This document shows, piece by piece, positions 61,987 to 64,000 of a stretch of 64,000 nucleotides of DNA. Origin of the DNA: Chiloscyllium plagiosum. Its lineage: Eukaryota. The translations under genes were made by a program, and so were the position numbers. The stretch spans positions 54,151,926 through 54,215,925 of the forward strand of contig NC_057719.1 in NCBI RefSeq assembly GCF_004010195.1, read 5' to 3'. The notes beneath the pieces are model-generated. The model made no database searches. It had not been told where the DNA came from and saw only the letters and a program-made list of their open reading frames with translations. Each line of letters opens with the position of its first letter. Within the stretch, counting starts at the first letter, position 1.

Positions 61987-62026
61987 GCACTGAGGATGTC
62001 ACCTAGACAGGGGACGAAACGTCTGC
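61987..62026 (+). ncRNA. Minimal hammerhead ribozyme motif (Poseidon-type)
   Basis: Identical to 260-299. Confidence 0.8.
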
Positions 62027-62354
62027 AACACAAATTCCCAACTCGGCGAACAGAACCACAACAACAAGCACCCGAGCTACAAATCTTCTCACAAACTTTG
62101 AGCAAATGTGTTGCATTTCAAATGGCACATTACTGTTCCAAGAGGCAAACTCATTTTCATGCCCAGTAATTTTTGTTTCAGCTGTTGCTAAATAAAGTAT
62201 ATCCTTTGAACCCACTTGAAGATTCCCATGTGTGAGACTGTCCCAAATTGAACAATGATAAGATGCTGGGCGAAATTGGGCATTAAGGAAAATGTAGTAT
62301 TGACTTTGACAGGGTTGTAAGAAGGCATGTGACTAAGCACACGCATCGTCTGCA

Positions 62355-62468
62355 ATAAGGTGGGGGGGAAGGGAGATGGGGAAACTGGTGAAATCAACCT
62401 TGATGCCGCTTAGTTGGTGGGCCCCAAGGTGGAAGATGAGGTGTTCTTCCTCCAGGCACTGGGTGGCT
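62355..62468 (-). mobile_element. Neptune-type Penelope fragment
   Basis: ggaaactggtgaaatc...gaagatgaggtgttcttcctccaggc matches 30905-31010. Confidence 0.8.
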
Positions 62469-64000
62469 TAGATCCTAAATAACAAAAGGAGTGCTGTCAT
62501 GACATCTCTGTGCTTGGAGAAGCATTAGTTTGATATTGTTTGCCCACTACATTCACAGTGAAGGGCAGCTCCAAACTGCTAATGCTTTGCCAGGTGAATG
62601 GCTGGGCCTCAAACATGATGCTGAGGCTATCAATCATAAGGAGTTCCCAGCAGTGGTGCAGTTTCTTTAATATTACTAGGAGAATTTAATGATCTGGATG
62701 CCAGGGTGATGTGATGCATAGGTGAACTTTGGATGATAACATGCAAAAACAGCTCGACCTCACAGAGAGGAACACTCCATGCAAGTTGGCAAAAATTACA
62801 CTTAGCCAATTTCTGGCAAGATTCATTCCCAAGAGCTAACGTTCTTTACATCTTTCAGTTTATTCCAGATTTACTTATAACTTCATGTTGGATGGTCTTT
62901 TTTTCATCTACATCATCCATCAGTTGTGCTGACTGCTGCTCTGCACTCTTTGAATGGCTTTCCTATTTTCTGCAGGAACAGATTGTAGCTCACTTTAAGA
63001 TCAAAACAGTAGACAGAAACATTAACTCCACAGCGTATAATCAATGGTGTGACAACCTTTGACATGGAAACAGTACAGTAAGGAATAGTTGTAGTTTTCT
63101 TAACTTGTTTATGGGAATTAGAATTGTTTTTAAGAAAACTTGAAGGATTGCATATGTTACAAAGGGATTATTTGTAACTTCCTTGGATAACAAGAGCAAC
63201 TTGTCCATGTGATCTGGTGATGCTTAACCTGGACACAGTAATGGAAGAAAGGAACAAAACACATGTGGTCAAACACAGCATTAAGACAAAGAACATACTG
63301 ATGTAAGGTAGATATGTGTGCTGGAGAAAGCAGGTGATTACCACACAATAGTAGGCACAAACAGAAAGTAGACTGAGATAGAAATAGAATCAAACTTAAC
63401 CATTAAGAAAAGAGGGAACACATTTTTCTCAAGAAGTTTTTTTTTTCCCCAATTGGCAGAAGCTCTTCGAGGTATTCTGAGGGCTGGCTAACATAATCAA
63501 AGTTCTGTAAATTTGTGTGTCTAGCATAGTGATGTTAAATAGTTTAGTGTTTTTACCAGAAATTGCGAAACCATGAAATCGGGTCTATTGATTGATCAGT
63601 TCTAAAACAATGGAAACAGACTGTTGCGAGCTGAGTAAAGGTTCATAGATCTGTGCCTTGCTGATGATAATCATTCTGATAGAAGTTGAATGTGAAAGTT
63701 CTTGTCAGATCAGATTCCTGAGCTGCCCTAAATGTGTAAAAGAGCAGTGCATTGTGGAAATGTGTAGCTACTTACAGTGTATGCAGCTTCTTGTGGTTGT
63801 GTCTAATGTATCTTTGTATTAATTAAGTTTAGCTTTCTTTTTGAAGCATTTGGCTATTGAGTCATGCTTATTTTAGACTGGTTCTTGATGAGTGCTGAAT
63901 AAAATTTATAAGAACTGAAGTCTTATTGGTGATTTCTTCATTTGGGAGTCATTCAACAAAACTTTGTCATTTTGGTTTACAGTTTCCCCAGGGGAATCAT

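Larger units (their letters stand above)
58352..62101. mobile_element. Poseidon-type Penelope insertion with head-to-head arms (minus 58352-~60440, plus ~60444-62101)
   Basis: RT and GIY-YIG on both arms, hammerheads at both outer ends. Degenerate TSD gcaaagatgttg (58340-58351) / gcaaatgtgttg (62102-62113). Gap at 60978-61236. Confidence 0.93.

Noticed and set aside
62863..62962. Possible minus-strand exon (ESHSKSAEQQSAQLMDDVDEKK...)
   Set aside because: Short, weak splice signals and no recognisable homology.
63350..64000. Possible LTR-like sequence at the window end (similar impression for 2750-3600 and 49590-49990)
   Set aside because: No termini, TSD or coding evidence could be fixed by eye.

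Overview
Eukaryotic, repeat-dense, apparently intergenic or intronic DNA, very probably from an elasmobranch (shark). This is inferred from HE1/V-SINE-type tRNA-derived SINEs, their partner CR1-clade (HER1-like) LINEs and a Deu-domain SINE. The assembly has five N-gaps, all inside repeats. No host protein-coding gene can be supported; nearly all long ORFs are decayed transposon ORFs. Content: two clades of Penelope-like elements (Poseidon-type RT plus GIY-YIG; Neptune-type RT plus Cys-rich linker plus GIY-YIG), CR1 LINEs, SINEs, solo LTRs, fossil PIF/Harbinger elements, a Tc1/mariner-type MITE and a triplicated poly(A) LINE tail. Two themes stand out. (1) Penelope ends carry minimal hammerhead ribozyme motifs in at least 3-4 sequence families. 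Several insertions share one architecture of two head-to-head arms inside 12-16 bp target-site duplications, ranging from about 3.7 kb down to about 200 bp non-coding ribozyme hairpins. One composite joins two different Penelope clades. (2) There are repeated locally templated insertions: four inverted copies of nearby sequence, and a microhomology-stitched two-template patch inside a SINE. Family names come from motif recognition by eye, not from database searches.
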